A stretch of DNA of 64,000 nt from Clostridia bacterium (GTDB taxonomy: Bacteria; Bacillota; Peptococcia; DRI-13; SM3-B62). Positions 1 to 10,183 of the stretch are shown here, piece by piece. The position numbers and the translations under genes are program-made. The notes below the pieces were generated by a model. The model was not told the DNA's origin. It saw only the letters and a list, made by a program, of their open reading frames with translations, and ran no database searches. Position 1 is the stretch's first letter; every line of letters begins with the position of its first letter. Where the stretch lies: assembly GCA_018433675.1 (NCBI GenBank), contig JAHDQS010000002.1:24884-88883 (forward strand), in the 5' to 3' direction.

Positions 1-34
1 AAAAAAAGGAGCAAAGGAAGGAGGATGGAGCCGA

Positions 35-1369
35 ATGCTGGAGTTGGTAGCACTCATGCCTCATCCGCCGGCAATAGTACCGGAGGTAGGAGGTAACGAA
101 AGCCGCGTTATTTCTCTAACGGCGCAAAAGATGGGGGCTTTGGCACGTGAAATCAAAAGTATTGCACCTGAATTGATAGTTGTCGTTACACCTCATGGGA
201 ATGTCTTCAGTGATGCCGTAACCATAGCCTTGACGGATGTGTTAAGGGGTAATTTGGGAAGCTTTGGTGCACCTCATGTCGGAGTGGAATATCCACTTGA
301 TAAGGAGGCCGCTGAGGCTATTATTGTTTTTAACCGGGATAAACGAGCTTATTGTGCTGGCCTTGAGGAAAAAATGCTGAAGAAATTTGGCTTGTCTGAA
401 GAGCTGGATCACGGGGCGGTAGTTCCTTTACTCTTCATAAAAGAAGCCGGATGGCAGGGGAGTTTGCTGTCTGTAAACATTGGTCTGTTGCCGTATGAAG
501 AATTATATGAATTCGGGAGCGGGCTTGCACAGGCTTTAGCAGGTCTTAACAGGCGTTGGGTGCTTCTTGTGAGCGGAGATATGTCACACTGCCTTTCCCA
601 CGGGGCACCGGGAGGATATTCGCCTCAGGGGGTCGCTTTTGACGGAATAATCAGGGACTTTGTTAATAATCCCAATCCATATAAAATAGTGAAAATGGAT
701 GAGCAGATAATAAATAAGGCCGGGGAGTGCGGTTTGCGTCCTTTGATTATCGGTATAGGGGCCTTAGATGGTCGTAAGATCAAAGGTGAGGAGTTGTCGT
801 ATGAAGGTCCGTTTGGAGTGGGATACTTAGTGGCAAAGTTCATACCCGGGAAAAGAAAAACTGAGTCGGAACTGGTAAGTCTAGCCAGAGCAAGTATTGA
901 GTATTATCTTGAAAACGCTTCTTATTTGAAGCCGTCTGTCCTAAAAGAGGAGTATGGAGAAGACAACGGAGGGGTCTTTGTTTCTTTGAAGAAGAACTTT
1001 AATTTGCGCGGTTGTATCGGGACTATTGAACGTGTGCAAAACAGTCTGGCCGAGGAAATAATTCATAACGCGGTTGCGGCAGCGGTAAACGACCCTCGTT
1101 TTGAGCCGCTTATGCTTCAAGAATTGAAGAACTTGGAAATATCTGTGGATGTTCTGGGTAGACCTGAACCGGTCACGGAATTGAGCGAATTAGATCCTCA
1201 AGTGTATGGAGTGATAGTGACCCGGGGAACTCGAAAAGGCCTGCTACTACCGGCGTTGGAGGGCGTAAAGACCCCTGAAGAACAGTTGGAAATTGCCTTG
1301 GAGAAAGCAGGCATTGCTCTCGGAGAAAAATACAAGATTGCAAGATTCCGAGTGACTCGTCATACTTAA
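35..1369 (+). CDS. amrA: AmmeMemoRadiSam system protein A: LigB/Memo-like N-terminal domain fused to AMMECR1 domain
   Basis: N-terminal MPHPP, PH, DHG and SGDMSH LigB/Memo motifs; C-terminal GVFVSL..LRGCIG and GLLLP AMMECR1 motifs; adjacent to radical SAM gene. Confidence 0.9.
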   Translation: MLELVALMPHPPAIVPEVGGNESRVISLTAQKMGALAREIKSIAPELIVVVTPHGNVFSDAVTIALTDVLRGNLGSFGAPHVGVEYPLDKEAAEAIIVFNRDKRAYCAGLEEKMLKKFGLSEELDHGAVVPLLFIKEAGWQGSLLSVNIGLLPYEELYEFGSGLAQALAGLNRRWVLLVSGDMSHCLSHGAPGGYSPQGVAFDGIIRDFVNNPNPYKIVKMDEQIINKAGECGLRPLIIGIGALDGRKIKGEELSYEGPFGVGYLVAKFIPGKRKTESELVSLARASIEYYLENASYLKPSVLKEEYGEDNGGVFVSLKKNFNLRGCIGTIERVQNSLAEEIIHNAVAAAVNDPRFEPLMLQELKNLEISVDVLGRPEPVTELSELDPQVYGVIVTRGTRKGLLLPALEGVKTPEEQLEIALEKAGIALGEKYKIARFRVTRHT

Positions 1370-1385
1370 CAGGAGGCTGGTAAAA

Positions 1386-2252
1386 TTGCGTATTGCCTCT
1401 TTTTGGTCGCAGGAGGACAGTGATAATAACGATGTGCGGTGTCGGCTGTGTCCTCACTCGTGTCGTATCACCCCCGGGGGCTGGGGGAGGTGCGGAACAA
1501 GGTATAACGAGGACGGGAGACTGTATGCCATGAATTACGGGCGTGTAACCTCCTTGGCCCTTGATGATATTGAAAAAAAACCTTTTAAAATGTATAAACC
1601 GGGGAAAAAGGTATTGTCAATGGGCACGTTTGGCTGTAACTTCACCTGCGGATTTTGCCAGAACTGGACGATTGCCCAAGGAGATAAATCTACCGTTACA
1701 CGGCATATGTCTGCCGAAGAGGCCGTCAAGATGGCTTTGGAACTTGTAGAATACGACAATATAGGGTTGGCCTACACCTATTCAGAACCGTCAGTGTGGT
1801 ACGAATACGTTTTTGATACCGCTAAAATGGCGAAAGAAGCTGGCTTGAAAAACATTTTAGTCACAAACGGCTATCTCAATCCGGATCCGTTAAAGAAGCT
1901 TTTACCGTATATTGATGCAGTTAATCTTGATATAAAGGCGTTTAGTTCCGGTTTTTATCGAAAGGTGTGCGGAGGCAGCCTGGAGCCCGTTCTGGAAGCA
2001 GCCCGGCTTTTTGCAAAGGAATGTCACTTAGAGATAACCAATCTGCTTATTCCCTCCATGAATGATTCTTTAGAGGAAATAAGGAGTCTTTCCGAGTGGA
2101 TAGCCGGTATTGATAAAAGCATCCCGCTGCATTTGACCAGGTATTTTCCCCAGTATAAGTTTAATTTTCCTCCTACTCCCCCAAAAACCTTGATAAGGGC
2201 AAAAAAGATTGCGGAGAAAGGCTTAAACCACGTATTCTTAGGCAATATATAA
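1386..2252 (+). CDS. amrS: AmmeMemoRadiSam system radical SAM enzyme
   Basis: N-terminal CxLCPHxC, IEKKP, CNFTCGFC radical SAM motif, YTYSEP; TTG start after AGGAGG. Confidence 0.92.
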   Translation: MRIASFWSQEDSDNNDVRCRLCPHSCRITPGGWGRCGTRYNEDGRLYAMNYGRVTSLALDDIEKKPFKMYKPGKKVLSMGTFGCNFTCGFCQNWTIAQGDKSTVTRHMSAEEAVKMALELVEYDNIGLAYTYSEPSVWYEYVFDTAKMAKEAGLKNILVTNGYLNPDPLKKLLPYIDAVNLDIKAFSSGFYRKVCGGSLEPVLEAARLFAKECHLEITNLLIPSMNDSLEEIRSLSEWIAGIDKSIPLHLTRYFPQYKFNFPPTPPKTLIRAKKIAEKGLNHVFLGNI

Positions 2253-2395
2253 CTATTACCAATATTTTGTTTGCCTTGATAAGCAGGATATGGTAGTTTT
2301 ATGGAGAAAAACAGTAGCTATACTTGCTTTATCGGTAAGCGGCGGATTTCTGTCGAATCAGTCGGATAAATATAAAAAGGTTAGGATAGGTTGCT

Positions 2396-3439
2396 ATGCG
2401 TGCTATTGAAGTTGAGAGTTTAAAAGAAGGCATGAGGCTTGCTAGAACCATTTTTGATGACAGTGGGCGTACTCTGTTGAATTCCGGTACTAAACTCACG
2501 GAACGATACATTAAAAGGCTCATAGATTTAGGTATACCATTTATCTACGTTGAAGACGAAATCATCGGTCCAATTGAATGCGAGGATATCATCGACGATA
2601 GGGTAAGGCTGCAGACGATAAAAGCTTTGAAGAAGGTTGTTGAAACAGCCAAGATGCACGAAGAAATTGACCTTCTTCCGGTCAGCGGAATGGTCAACAC
2701 GATACTTGACGATTTAAAAGGCGTCCCCAATATGTTGATGCAGTTGTTGGACATCAGGACCAGCAATACGTACGTATATAATCATTCGGTGGCTGTATGC
2801 GTTTTAAGTATAATGGCCGGGATGTCATTGGAACTGGACGACTTAAAGATTAAGCTGCTTGGTATGGGTGCTCTTTTACATGATATCGGCAAATCGCTCA
2901 GCGAGGGTCCGGAGCACACGATTCATGGTTTTGAGATACTGCGTAACACCAAAGCACTGAATGTAGTTGTTGCTCATGTTGCTTATCAGCACCACGAGCG
3001 CTATGACGGCGAAGGGTTTCCCCGTAAGCTGAAGGGAGAGGATATTCATCTGTTTGGGGCGATTACCGGTATCGCAAACCTGTACGATAATCTTGTCTCT
3101 CATCCGGATGGGGATAAACGGCTTTACCCTTATCAAGCCTTAGAGACTGTTGTTGCTGAGAGCGGACGCGGTTTTCATCCTGAGGTTGTCAAAGCCTTTT
3201 GCCGCAATATTGCACCTTATCCGGTCGGAACTGCGGTTAAATTAAATAACGGGGCGGTAGGAGTAGTGGTATCGGTGCCGAGGAGTTTTAGCACCCGACC
3301 TGTGATAAAATTAATTTCCAGTGAGGTTGGGATACTAATGAAGGATTTTCCTGAAATAGATTTACTGAAAGAGAAAACTTTATTCATAAACGAAATACTA
3401 AGCGAAAAAGACCGTCGGGATATCGCAGTTTTAAAGTAA
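2396..3439 (+). CDS. HD-GYP domain protein (possibly degenerate c-di-GMP phosphodiesterase)
   Basis: HS..V, HDIGK, HHERYDGEGFP, C-terminal YPVGT.V.L. Confidence 0.85.
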   Translation: MRAIEVESLKEGMRLARTIFDDSGRTLLNSGTKLTERYIKRLIDLGIPFIYVEDEIIGPIECEDIIDDRVRLQTIKALKKVVETAKMHEEIDLLPVSGMVNTILDDLKGVPNMLMQLLDIRTSNTYVYNHSVAVCVLSIMAGMSLELDDLKIKLLGMGALLHDIGKSLSEGPEHTIHGFEILRNTKALNVVVAHVAYQHHERYDGEGFPRKLKGEDIHLFGAITGIANLYDNLVSHPDGDKRLYPYQALETVVAESGRGFHPEVVKAFCRNIAPYPVGTAVKLNNGAVGVVVSVPRSFSTRPVIKLISSEVGILMKDFPEIDLLKEKTLFINEILSEKDRRDIAVLK

Positions 3440-3522
3440 TAAGATAAACAGCAGCTATAGATTGAGGCTTTCGCCTGCGCCTTGAAAGGTCTTGCGCAGG
3501 CATAATTAATTTTAGTGCAGTA

Positions 3523-3554
3523 TTGCATATTTATGCATAATGATGTATTATAAT
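3523..3554 (+). promoter_or_regulatory. argC promoter overlapped by ARG box (ArgR/AhrC operator)
   Basis: Palindrome TGCATA-TT-TATGCA at 3524-3537 plus overlapping TGCATAATGATGTA; TTGCAT-17-TATTAT sigma-A-like promoter directly upstream of arg operon. Confidence 0.7.
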
Positions 3555-3586
3555 GAAAAGAATTACCGGGACGAAGAGGTGAGAAT

Positions 3587-4627
3587 GTGGTAAAAGTAAG
3601 TATTTTAGGTGCAACAGGATACACGGGGCAAGAACTGGCCAGGATGCTGCTCATGCATTCGCAGGTGGAATTGATAGGACTGGGTTCCAATACTTATGCG
3701 GGAAAGAGTTTCTCAAGCGTGTACCCGCATTTTGCAGGTGCTCTGGATTTAGTATGCTCGGATATGAAGGATGATGTGTTATTCGAGAAAGCTGATGTAA
3801 TATTTTTGGCCTTGCCCCATGGTTTAAGCGTTCCATACGCCGAAAAGGCCCTCGCTTTAGGTAAAAAGGTTGTTGATCTGGGGGCGGATTTTCGTTTAAA
3901 ATCACCGGATATCTATCAAAAATGGTATAAAACAGAAGCGGCAAAACCGGAACTTTTGGGGAAGGCGGTTTATGGCTTGCCTGAATTGTATCGTGATGAA
4001 ATTATAGGGACCGATTTGGTGGCAAATCCTGGTTGTTATCCTACTACAGCTATTTTAGGGTTGGCACCCCTCTTGAAGAACGGGTTGATCGATAAAAAGA
4101 GCATCATAATCGACAGCAAATCGGGTGTCAGCGGTGCCGGGCGCAGTTTAAAGGTAGGCTCTCTTTATAGTGAGGCAAACGAAGATTTCCAGGCGTATGG
4201 GTTCCCAGGCCATCGTCATGCTCCGGAGATAGAACAGGAACTGGGGAATCTTGCGGGTGAGGAAATAGCCGTTACCTTCGTGCCGCATTTGGTGCCGATG
4301 ACCAGGGGTATGCTCAGCACGATTTATGCTTCTTTGGTAAAAGAAACAGATACTCGGGGATTAGAAGAATTATATAGGGAATTTTATCAAGATGAGGTGT
4401 TTGTGAGAATCCTGCCCGGTGGGCGGCAACCTCATACTAAGTGGGTGCTTGGTACGAATAATTGTGACCTGGGGGTCAATATAGACGAAAGAACCGGACG
4501 GGTAACCGTTGTGTCTGTAATCGATAATTTGGTGAAAGGCGCTTCAGGCCAGGCGATACAGAATATGAATATCATGTGCGGCTATAAGGAAGAGCAGGGC
4601 TTAAACAGAATTGCTTTGTATCCGTGA
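3587..4627 (+). CDS. argC: N-acetyl-gamma-glutamyl-phosphate reductase
   Basis: GATGYTG, ANPGCYPT, DNLVKGASGQA motifs. Confidence 0.97.
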   Translation: MVKVSILGATGYTGQELARMLLMHSQVELIGLGSNTYAGKSFSSVYPHFAGALDLVCSDMKDDVLFEKADVIFLALPHGLSVPYAEKALALGKKVVDLGADFRLKSPDIYQKWYKTEAAKPELLGKAVYGLPELYRDEIIGTDLVANPGCYPTTAILGLAPLLKNGLIDKKSIIIDSKSGVSGAGRSLKVGSLYSEANEDFQAYGFPGHRHAPEIEQELGNLAGEEIAVTFVPHLVPMTRGMLSTIYASLVKETDTRGLEELYREFYQDEVFVRILPGGRQPHTKWVLGTNNCDLGVNIDERTGRVTVVSVIDNLVKGASGQAIQNMNIMCGYKEEQGLNRIALYP

Positions 4628-4651
4628 TGAGATAAAGGTAAGGATGGATGA

Positions 4652-5869
4652 ATGATGAGTATCAAAACAATAGAAAAAGGTGGGGTTACGGCACCACAAG
4701 GTTTTGTAGCGGGAGTGGCAAAGTCGGGGATAAAAAAAGAGGGCAGGTATGATCTGGCCCTGCTCCTGTCAAAGGTTACGGCTTCCGCGGCTGCGGTGTT
4801 TACGACAAATAAATTTCTAGCCGCGCCCGTTGTTTTATCAAAGCAACATCTGCAATCCGGCGTTTGCAAGGGTGTGGTGGCAAACAGTGGGTGTGCCAAT
4901 GCTTGTACAGGTGAAAAGGGCTATCAAGACGCCGTTACTATGGCGAAATCGGCTGCAGAAGTGGCCGGTTGTGAGGCAGAAGAAATCGTAACGGCCTCCA
5001 CAGGAGTTATCGGAGTACATTTGCCGATGGAAAAAATCATCGGGGGTATCAAAGAGGCAGGAGCCAATCTTACCGCAGCAAACGGACATTTAGCAGCTCA
5101 AGCCATTATGACTACGGATACCTTTCCGAAGGAAACCGCCGTGCAGTTTGAATTAGACGGAAAAATGATAACCATTGGTGCGATGGCTAAAGGATCAGGT
5201 ATGATTCATCCGAACATGGCTACCATGCTGGCCTTTATTACCACCGATGTGGCTATAGCCCCAGCTGTTCTGCAAAAGGCCTTGAACTGGGCAAACAAAG
5301 AATCATTTGCTATGATTAGTGTGGACGGTGATACCAGCACAAATGACAGTTTATTCGTCCTAGCTAACGGACTGGCCGAAAATCCTAGGATAGAAGATGA
5401 TAATAGTACGGCATACCGTGCCTTTAGGGATGCCTTGACTGAGATTTGTCTCGATCTGGCGAAGATGATAGCCAAGGACGGCGAGGGTGCCACCAAACTC
5501 CTTGAAGTCCGAGTGATAAATGCCGCAAGTCGGGAAGATGCGGCAAAAGGGGCGAAAAGTATCGTTGCCTCCAGTTTGGTAAAAACAGCTGTTTTCGGGG
5601 AAGATGCCAATTGGGGACGGATTGTGTGTGCCTTAGGTTATTCCGGAGCCGAATTTATTCCTGAATTAGTTGACGTTTATTTAGGAGATGTTAAGGTGGC
5701 AGAAAACGGCTGTGGGCTAGATTTTGACGAGGGTGCCGCGGCGGAGGTTTTAAAGAAGGATGCGGTTGCGATTAAGGTTGACTTGCAGCAAGGGGAGTGC
5801 GAGGCTACGGCCTGGGGTTGTGATTTGACCTACGATTACGTTAAGATAAACGGAGATTACCGAACGTAA
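4652..5869 (+). CDS. argJ: Bifunctional ornithine acetyltransferase/N-acetylglutamate synthase
   Basis: KGSGMIHPNMATML autoproteolysis motif, DGDTSTND, DGEGATK. Confidence 0.97.
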   Translation: MMSIKTIEKGGVTAPQGFVAGVAKSGIKKEGRYDLALLLSKVTASAAAVFTTNKFLAAPVVLSKQHLQSGVCKGVVANSGCANACTGEKGYQDAVTMAKSAAEVAGCEAEEIVTASTGVIGVHLPMEKIIGGIKEAGANLTAANGHLAAQAIMTTDTFPKETAVQFELDGKMITIGAMAKGSGMIHPNMATMLAFITTDVAIAPAVLQKALNWANKESFAMISVDGDTSTNDSLFVLANGLAENPRIEDDNSTAYRAFRDALTEICLDLAKMIAKDGEGATKLLEVRVINAASREDAAKGAKSIVASSLVKTAVFGEDANWGRIVCALGYSGAEFIPELVDVYLGDVKVAENGCGLDFDEGAAAEVLKKDAVAIKVDLQQGECEATAWGCDLTYDYVKINGDYRT

Positions 5870-5907
5870 GAAGTCAATCTGGACAAGAACAATGAGGAGG
5901 AGAAGAA

Positions 5908-6765
5908 ATGCTGACAGTTCTGGAGAAAGCCAATGTTCTAACAGAGGCTCTACCATATATCCAATCCTTTGCCGGTAAAACGATTGTTGTCAAATTTGGC
6001 GGTCATGCCATGGTAGACCCGAAATTGGAGGAAATGGTACTAAAAGATATCGTTTTGATGAAACTGGTAGGTATGAATCCGGTGGTGGTCCACGGCGGAG
6101 GGCCCTCCATCACCGAATGGCTTAAAAAAGTCGATATTCAGGCTGAGTTTGTGGACGGCCTGAGGGTTACGGATGAAGCCACGATGGAAGTTGCGGAAAT
6201 GGTCTTAGCCGGGAAAATAAACAAGGGATTGGTAAGTCAAATCAACCTTTATGGGGGCAAGGCCGTAGGGCTCTGCGGAAAAGACGGCGGGATGATTCTG
6301 GCGGAGAGGAAAAAATCAGAACAGGACCTAGGTTTAGTGGGAGAAGTTACTGAGATAAATACCGGTATTTTATCAACTCTTTCTGCTGAGGGATATATTC
6401 CTGTAGTGGCACCTATTGCAGCAGGAAAAGACGGAGAAACACTCAATATCAATGCGGATTATGTAGCCGGTGCCTTGGGGGGAGCGTTAAAGGCATATAA
6501 ATTGGTGCTTTTGACGGATGTAGAGGGTATCTACCTTGATGAAAACTCCGAGTCGTTAGCTTCGCGTCTAAACGAGTCTGAGATAAGGCAACTTATAGCA
6601 AAGGGTGTTATTAAGGGCGGCATGATCCCCAAGGTGGAAAGCTGTCTTGCGGCTTTGGAAAGCGGTGTTGAAAACATTCATATTGTTGATGGGAGAAAGC
6701 CTCATGCCCTTCTTTTAGAGATGTTTACCAAAGAGGGTATCGGCACTATGGTGGTGAAAGAGTAG
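5908..6765 (+). CDS. argB: Acetylglutamate kinase
   Basis: VKFGG, VHGGGP, GLRVTD, NINAD, GGMIPK. Confidence 0.97.
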   Translation: MLTVLEKANVLTEALPYIQSFAGKTIVVKFGGHAMVDPKLEEMVLKDIVLMKLVGMNPVVVHGGGPSITEWLKKVDIQAEFVDGLRVTDEATMEVAEMVLAGKINKGLVSQINLYGGKAVGLCGKDGGMILAERKKSEQDLGLVGEVTEINTGILSTLSAEGYIPVVAPIAAGKDGETLNINADYVAGALGGALKAYKLVLLTDVEGIYLDENSESLASRLNESEIRQLIAKGVIKGGMIPKVESCLAALESGVENIHIVDGRKPHALLLEMFTKEGIGTMVVKE

Positions 6766-6790
6766 GTTTGATGAGAGGAAGGATTAGGCT

Positions 6791-7987
6791 ATGAATAATG
6801 AGACAATCAAAGAAATGGGCTTAAAACACATCATGAATACTTATGGCCGTCATGAGTTTGCTCTGGTAAAGGGAGAGGGCAGCTGGGTATGGGATGCCGA
6901 CGGTAAAAAATATTTAGATATGGTAGCGGGCATTGCCGTTAACAATGTTGGGCATTGTCATCCGCGTGTTGTTGCGGCGATTCGGGAACAGGCCGGTACA
7001 TTGCTGCATTGCTCCAACCTTTATTGGATAGAGCCCCAAGTCAAGCTAGGCAAGCTGTTGGCTGATAATTCTTTTGCGGAGAATGTTTTTTTCTGTAACA
7101 GCGGGGCGGAAGCCAATGAGGCGGCCATTAAGCTGGCCAGAAAGTGGTCGTTTAACAAGTATGGTTCGGGTCGCTATGAAATTATTACGGCAAATAATTC
7201 TTTCCATGGGCGGACATTAACGGCTGTGACGGCAACCGGTCAGCCGAAATATCATCGAGGTTTCGAGCCCCTTACACCGGGATTTGTGCATGTGCCGTAT
7301 AATGATCTTACTGCCCTTAAGGAAGCAGTAGGGGAAAAAACCTGTGCTATTATGCTTGAACCGATGCAAGGGGAAGGCGGCGTGTATGCCGGTGCTTCGG
7401 AATATATCAAAGGTGTCAAAACACTATGCCAAGAAAAGGATTTACTTTTGATGTTTGATGAAGTTCAAACGGGGTTGGGACGTACCGGCAAGCTTTTCGC
7501 CTATCAACATTATGGAATTGAACCGGATGTTATGACTTTGGCGAAGGGTTTAGGCGGTGGCGTGCCCATTGGCGCGATGTTGGCCAAGGGTGAGGCGGCG
7601 GTAACATTCCAACCCGGAGAACATGCTTCGACATTTGGCGGCAATCCGTTGGCTACAACGGCGGCACTTGCGGCACTTGGAGTTATCATTGATGAAAAGC
7701 TTTTTTGCCAGGCAGAAGAAAAAGGGGCATACATCAAGAAAAAGGTAAATGCCATGAAGGTTGATAATCCATTGATTGTGGAAGTAAGGGGAATGGGCCT
7801 TTTGATAGGTATTGAGATCACAATAGCAGGTAAGCCTGTACAGGACTATTGCCTAAAGAAAGGTTTGATTATTAATTGCGTCCAGGAGAAGGTTCTGCGG
7901 CTGGTACCTCCTTTGAATATTGCATATGAAGAAATAGACGAAGCATTATCGATTATTGAGGAAGCTTTGCAGCACTTTTTGACCTAA
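6791..7987 (+). CDS. argD: Acetylornithine aminotransferase
   Basis: NSGAEANE, SFHGRT, DEVQTG, AKGLGGG (PLP lysine), STFGGNP. Confidence 0.95.
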   Translation: MNNETIKEMGLKHIMNTYGRHEFALVKGEGSWVWDADGKKYLDMVAGIAVNNVGHCHPRVVAAIREQAGTLLHCSNLYWIEPQVKLGKLLADNSFAENVFFCNSGAEANEAAIKLARKWSFNKYGSGRYEIITANNSFHGRTLTAVTATGQPKYHRGFEPLTPGFVHVPYNDLTALKEAVGEKTCAIMLEPMQGEGGVYAGASEYIKGVKTLCQEKDLLLMFDEVQTGLGRTGKLFAYQHYGIEPDVMTLAKGLGGGVPIGAMLAKGEAAVTFQPGEHASTFGGNPLATTAALAALGVIIDEKLFCQAEEKGAYIKKKVNAMKVDNPLIVEVRGMGLLIGIEITIAGKPVQDYCLKKGLIINCVQEKVLRLVPPLNIAYEEIDEALSIIEEALQHFLT

Positions 7988-8056
7988 ACTTTTCTGTGAA
8001 ATAATGAAACTCAAGATGGCATATGTATGAAATATAGCTTATCTTGAGGTGGCATT

Positions 8057-9226
8057 TTGGAGGCACAGCAAAAAGCAGTGCTTACGGTTATTGACCGTTT
8101 GCGTCCGACGTTGTTAGATATCAGTCATGATATTCATCACCGGCCTGAACAGGGCAATGCGGAGTATTATGCTGTTAGCAGATTGGTCTCGTTTTTAAAG
8201 AGGGTGGGTTTTCAGGTATGTGTAGGTGTTGCCGGTCTGCCGACAGCCTTTGTGGCTTGTGCCGGTGATAAAGAGGGCCCGGCCCTTGGTTTTGTGGCGG
8301 AATATGACGCTCTCCCCGGAATAGGGCATGGTTGCGGTCATAATTTAATAGCAGCAGCCGGTGTAGGGGCAGCGGTAGCGCTCCGGCGAGTATTACCTGC
8401 CGATGAGGGTAAAATATGCGTGTTAGGGACTCCGGCTGAAGAGACTACCGGGGGAAAAATAGCGATGCTGAGAAGCGGCTGTTTTGACGGGCTTGATGCT
8501 GTGATGATGTTTCACCCGGGGGTAGATAATGCGTTGCGTTGTACTTCTCTGGCTTTGGATGCCCTGGAAGTCCGGTTTTACGGTGAAGAAGGTCATTATG
8601 CTCTGCCTGGGCCGGGGGGGAGAAAAGGAGATGCCTTGGAAGCCCTTTTGCGGTTGTTTGAGTGGATCAGAGGATGGAAAGCAGGATTACCCCTATTTAG
8701 CAGTATACAGGGTGTGATCGTGGAGGGTGGTTTAGTGCCCAATATCAGGCCGGCAGTCGTAACGGCACGTTTCTACCTACGAAGCGTCGATGAAAATACA
8801 CTGGATAAGATGAACGGCGAGTTCAGGGAGCAGGCGGAGGAAACGGCGCTGGCTACGAATACTTCAGTGGTGATAGATGCTTTTGAGGGGAGATATTTAC
8901 CATTTCGAACAAATGAAACCCTAGCCGGTGTTTGCGCTCAAAGCTTACAGCGTTTAGGAATGTCTTGTCCTTCAGGGCCATGTATAAGTATGGGAGCGAT
9001 GGATTTAGGCAATGTCAGTCAGGTGGTGCCGTCAATCCATCCTTTTCTAACACAAAAGGGAGCGCCTGCTGCCATGCATAGCCCGGAATTCGCACAAGCG
9101 GCCGGTGGAGAGTGGGGCGATCTGTTATTGATTAAGGCTGCCAAAGTATTGGCTCTGACGGGTCTAAGACTGGTAAATGAAAAGCATATATGTGAAATGA
9201 TGCGATCAGAGCATGATAGAAAATAG
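8057..9226 (+). CDS. M20D-family amidohydrolase (ACY1L2/AbgB-like)
   Basis: EYDALPGIGHGCGHN, GTPAEE, MFHP, DLGNVS, C-terminal HS; TTG start after GAGGTGG. Confidence 0.85.
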   Translation: MEAQQKAVLTVIDRLRPTLLDISHDIHHRPEQGNAEYYAVSRLVSFLKRVGFQVCVGVAGLPTAFVACAGDKEGPALGFVAEYDALPGIGHGCGHNLIAAAGVGAAVALRRVLPADEGKICVLGTPAEETTGGKIAMLRSGCFDGLDAVMMFHPGVDNALRCTSLALDALEVRFYGEEGHYALPGPGGRKGDALEALLRLFEWIRGWKAGLPLFSSIQGVIVEGGLVPNIRPAVVTARFYLRSVDENTLDKMNGEFREQAEETALATNTSVVIDAFEGRYLPFRTNETLAGVCAQSLQRLGMSCPSGPCISMGAMDLGNVSQVVPSIHPFLTQKGAPAAMHSPEFAQAAGGEWGDLLLIKAAKVLALTGLRLVNEKHICEMMRSEHDRK

Positions 9227-9232
9227 TAAGGG

Positions 9233-10165
9233 GTGATTAGGGTGGATTTAAAGGGTAGGGATTTTATCACACTGGCCGATTTCAGTGAGAAAGAGCTGTG
9301 GTATCTGCTTGAACTGGCGAAAGAGTTAAAAGGCAAACAAAAAAAGGGCATTTCTCATGAGCTTCATAGGGGCAAAACCTTGGCGATGATCTTTCAAAAA
9401 TCATCGACCAGGACTAGGGTTTCCTTTGAGGTTGCTATGCATCATTTAGGCGGGCAGGCAATGTTTTTAAGCAAGAACGACCTGCAGATAGGACGAGGAG
9501 AACCACTACAGGATACGGCCAGGGTATTGGCCAGGTATTGTGACGGAATCCTCATCAGAACATACAGTCACCAAGAGGTCTTGGATTTGGCGAAATACGC
9601 TGACATTCCCGTTATCAACGGATTGACCGACGACTATCACCCGACCCAGGCGCTGGCTGATCTGCTTACTATTTGGGAGCATAAAGGTGTTTTGAAAGGA
9701 TTGAAGCTGGCCTATATCGGTGATGGTAATAACATGGTGCATAGCTTGCTCCTTGCCGGAGCCATCATGGGGATGGAGGTCGTGGTTTCTTCCCCCGAGG
9801 GCTACTTGCCGGATGAGAGCGTTGTTTGCAGAGCACAGGAGCTGGCCGGGGATGCTGTAAAGATCAAAATTATCGGTGACCCCCGGGAAGCTGTTAAAAA
9901 CGCTCAGGTGTTGTATACCGATGTCTGGGCAAGTATGGGACAGGAAGAGGAAGCCGCCGTGCGGAGAAAGGCTTTTCACGAATATCAGATAAATAGCGAG
10001 TTGTTAGCGCTAGCCGAAAAAGACGCTATTGTTATGCATTGTTTGCCTGCTCATCGTGGCGAAGAGATAACCGATGAGGTGATGGAGGGACCCCAGTCTG
10101 TTGTCTTTGATGAGGCCGAAAACAGGCTCCATGCTCATAAGGCCATTTTGGCTGCTGTGTTATGA
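9233..10165 (+). CDS. argF: Ornithine carbamoyltransferase
   Basis: STRTR, HPTQ, SMG, HCLP motifs. Confidence 0.97.
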   Translation: MIRVDLKGRDFITLADFSEKELWYLLELAKELKGKQKKGISHELHRGKTLAMIFQKSSTRTRVSFEVAMHHLGGQAMFLSKNDLQIGRGEPLQDTARVLARYCDGILIRTYSHQEVLDLAKYADIPVINGLTDDYHPTQALADLLTIWEHKGVLKGLKLAYIGDGNNMVHSLLLAGAIMGMEVVVSSPEGYLPDESVVCRAQELAGDAVKIKIIGDPREAVKNAQVLYTDVWASMGQEEEAAVRRKAFHEYQINSELLALAEKDAIVMHCLPAHRGEEITDEVMEGPQSVVFDEAENRLHAHKAILAAVL

Positions 10166-10183
10166 TAATTCAAGGAGGGAAAT

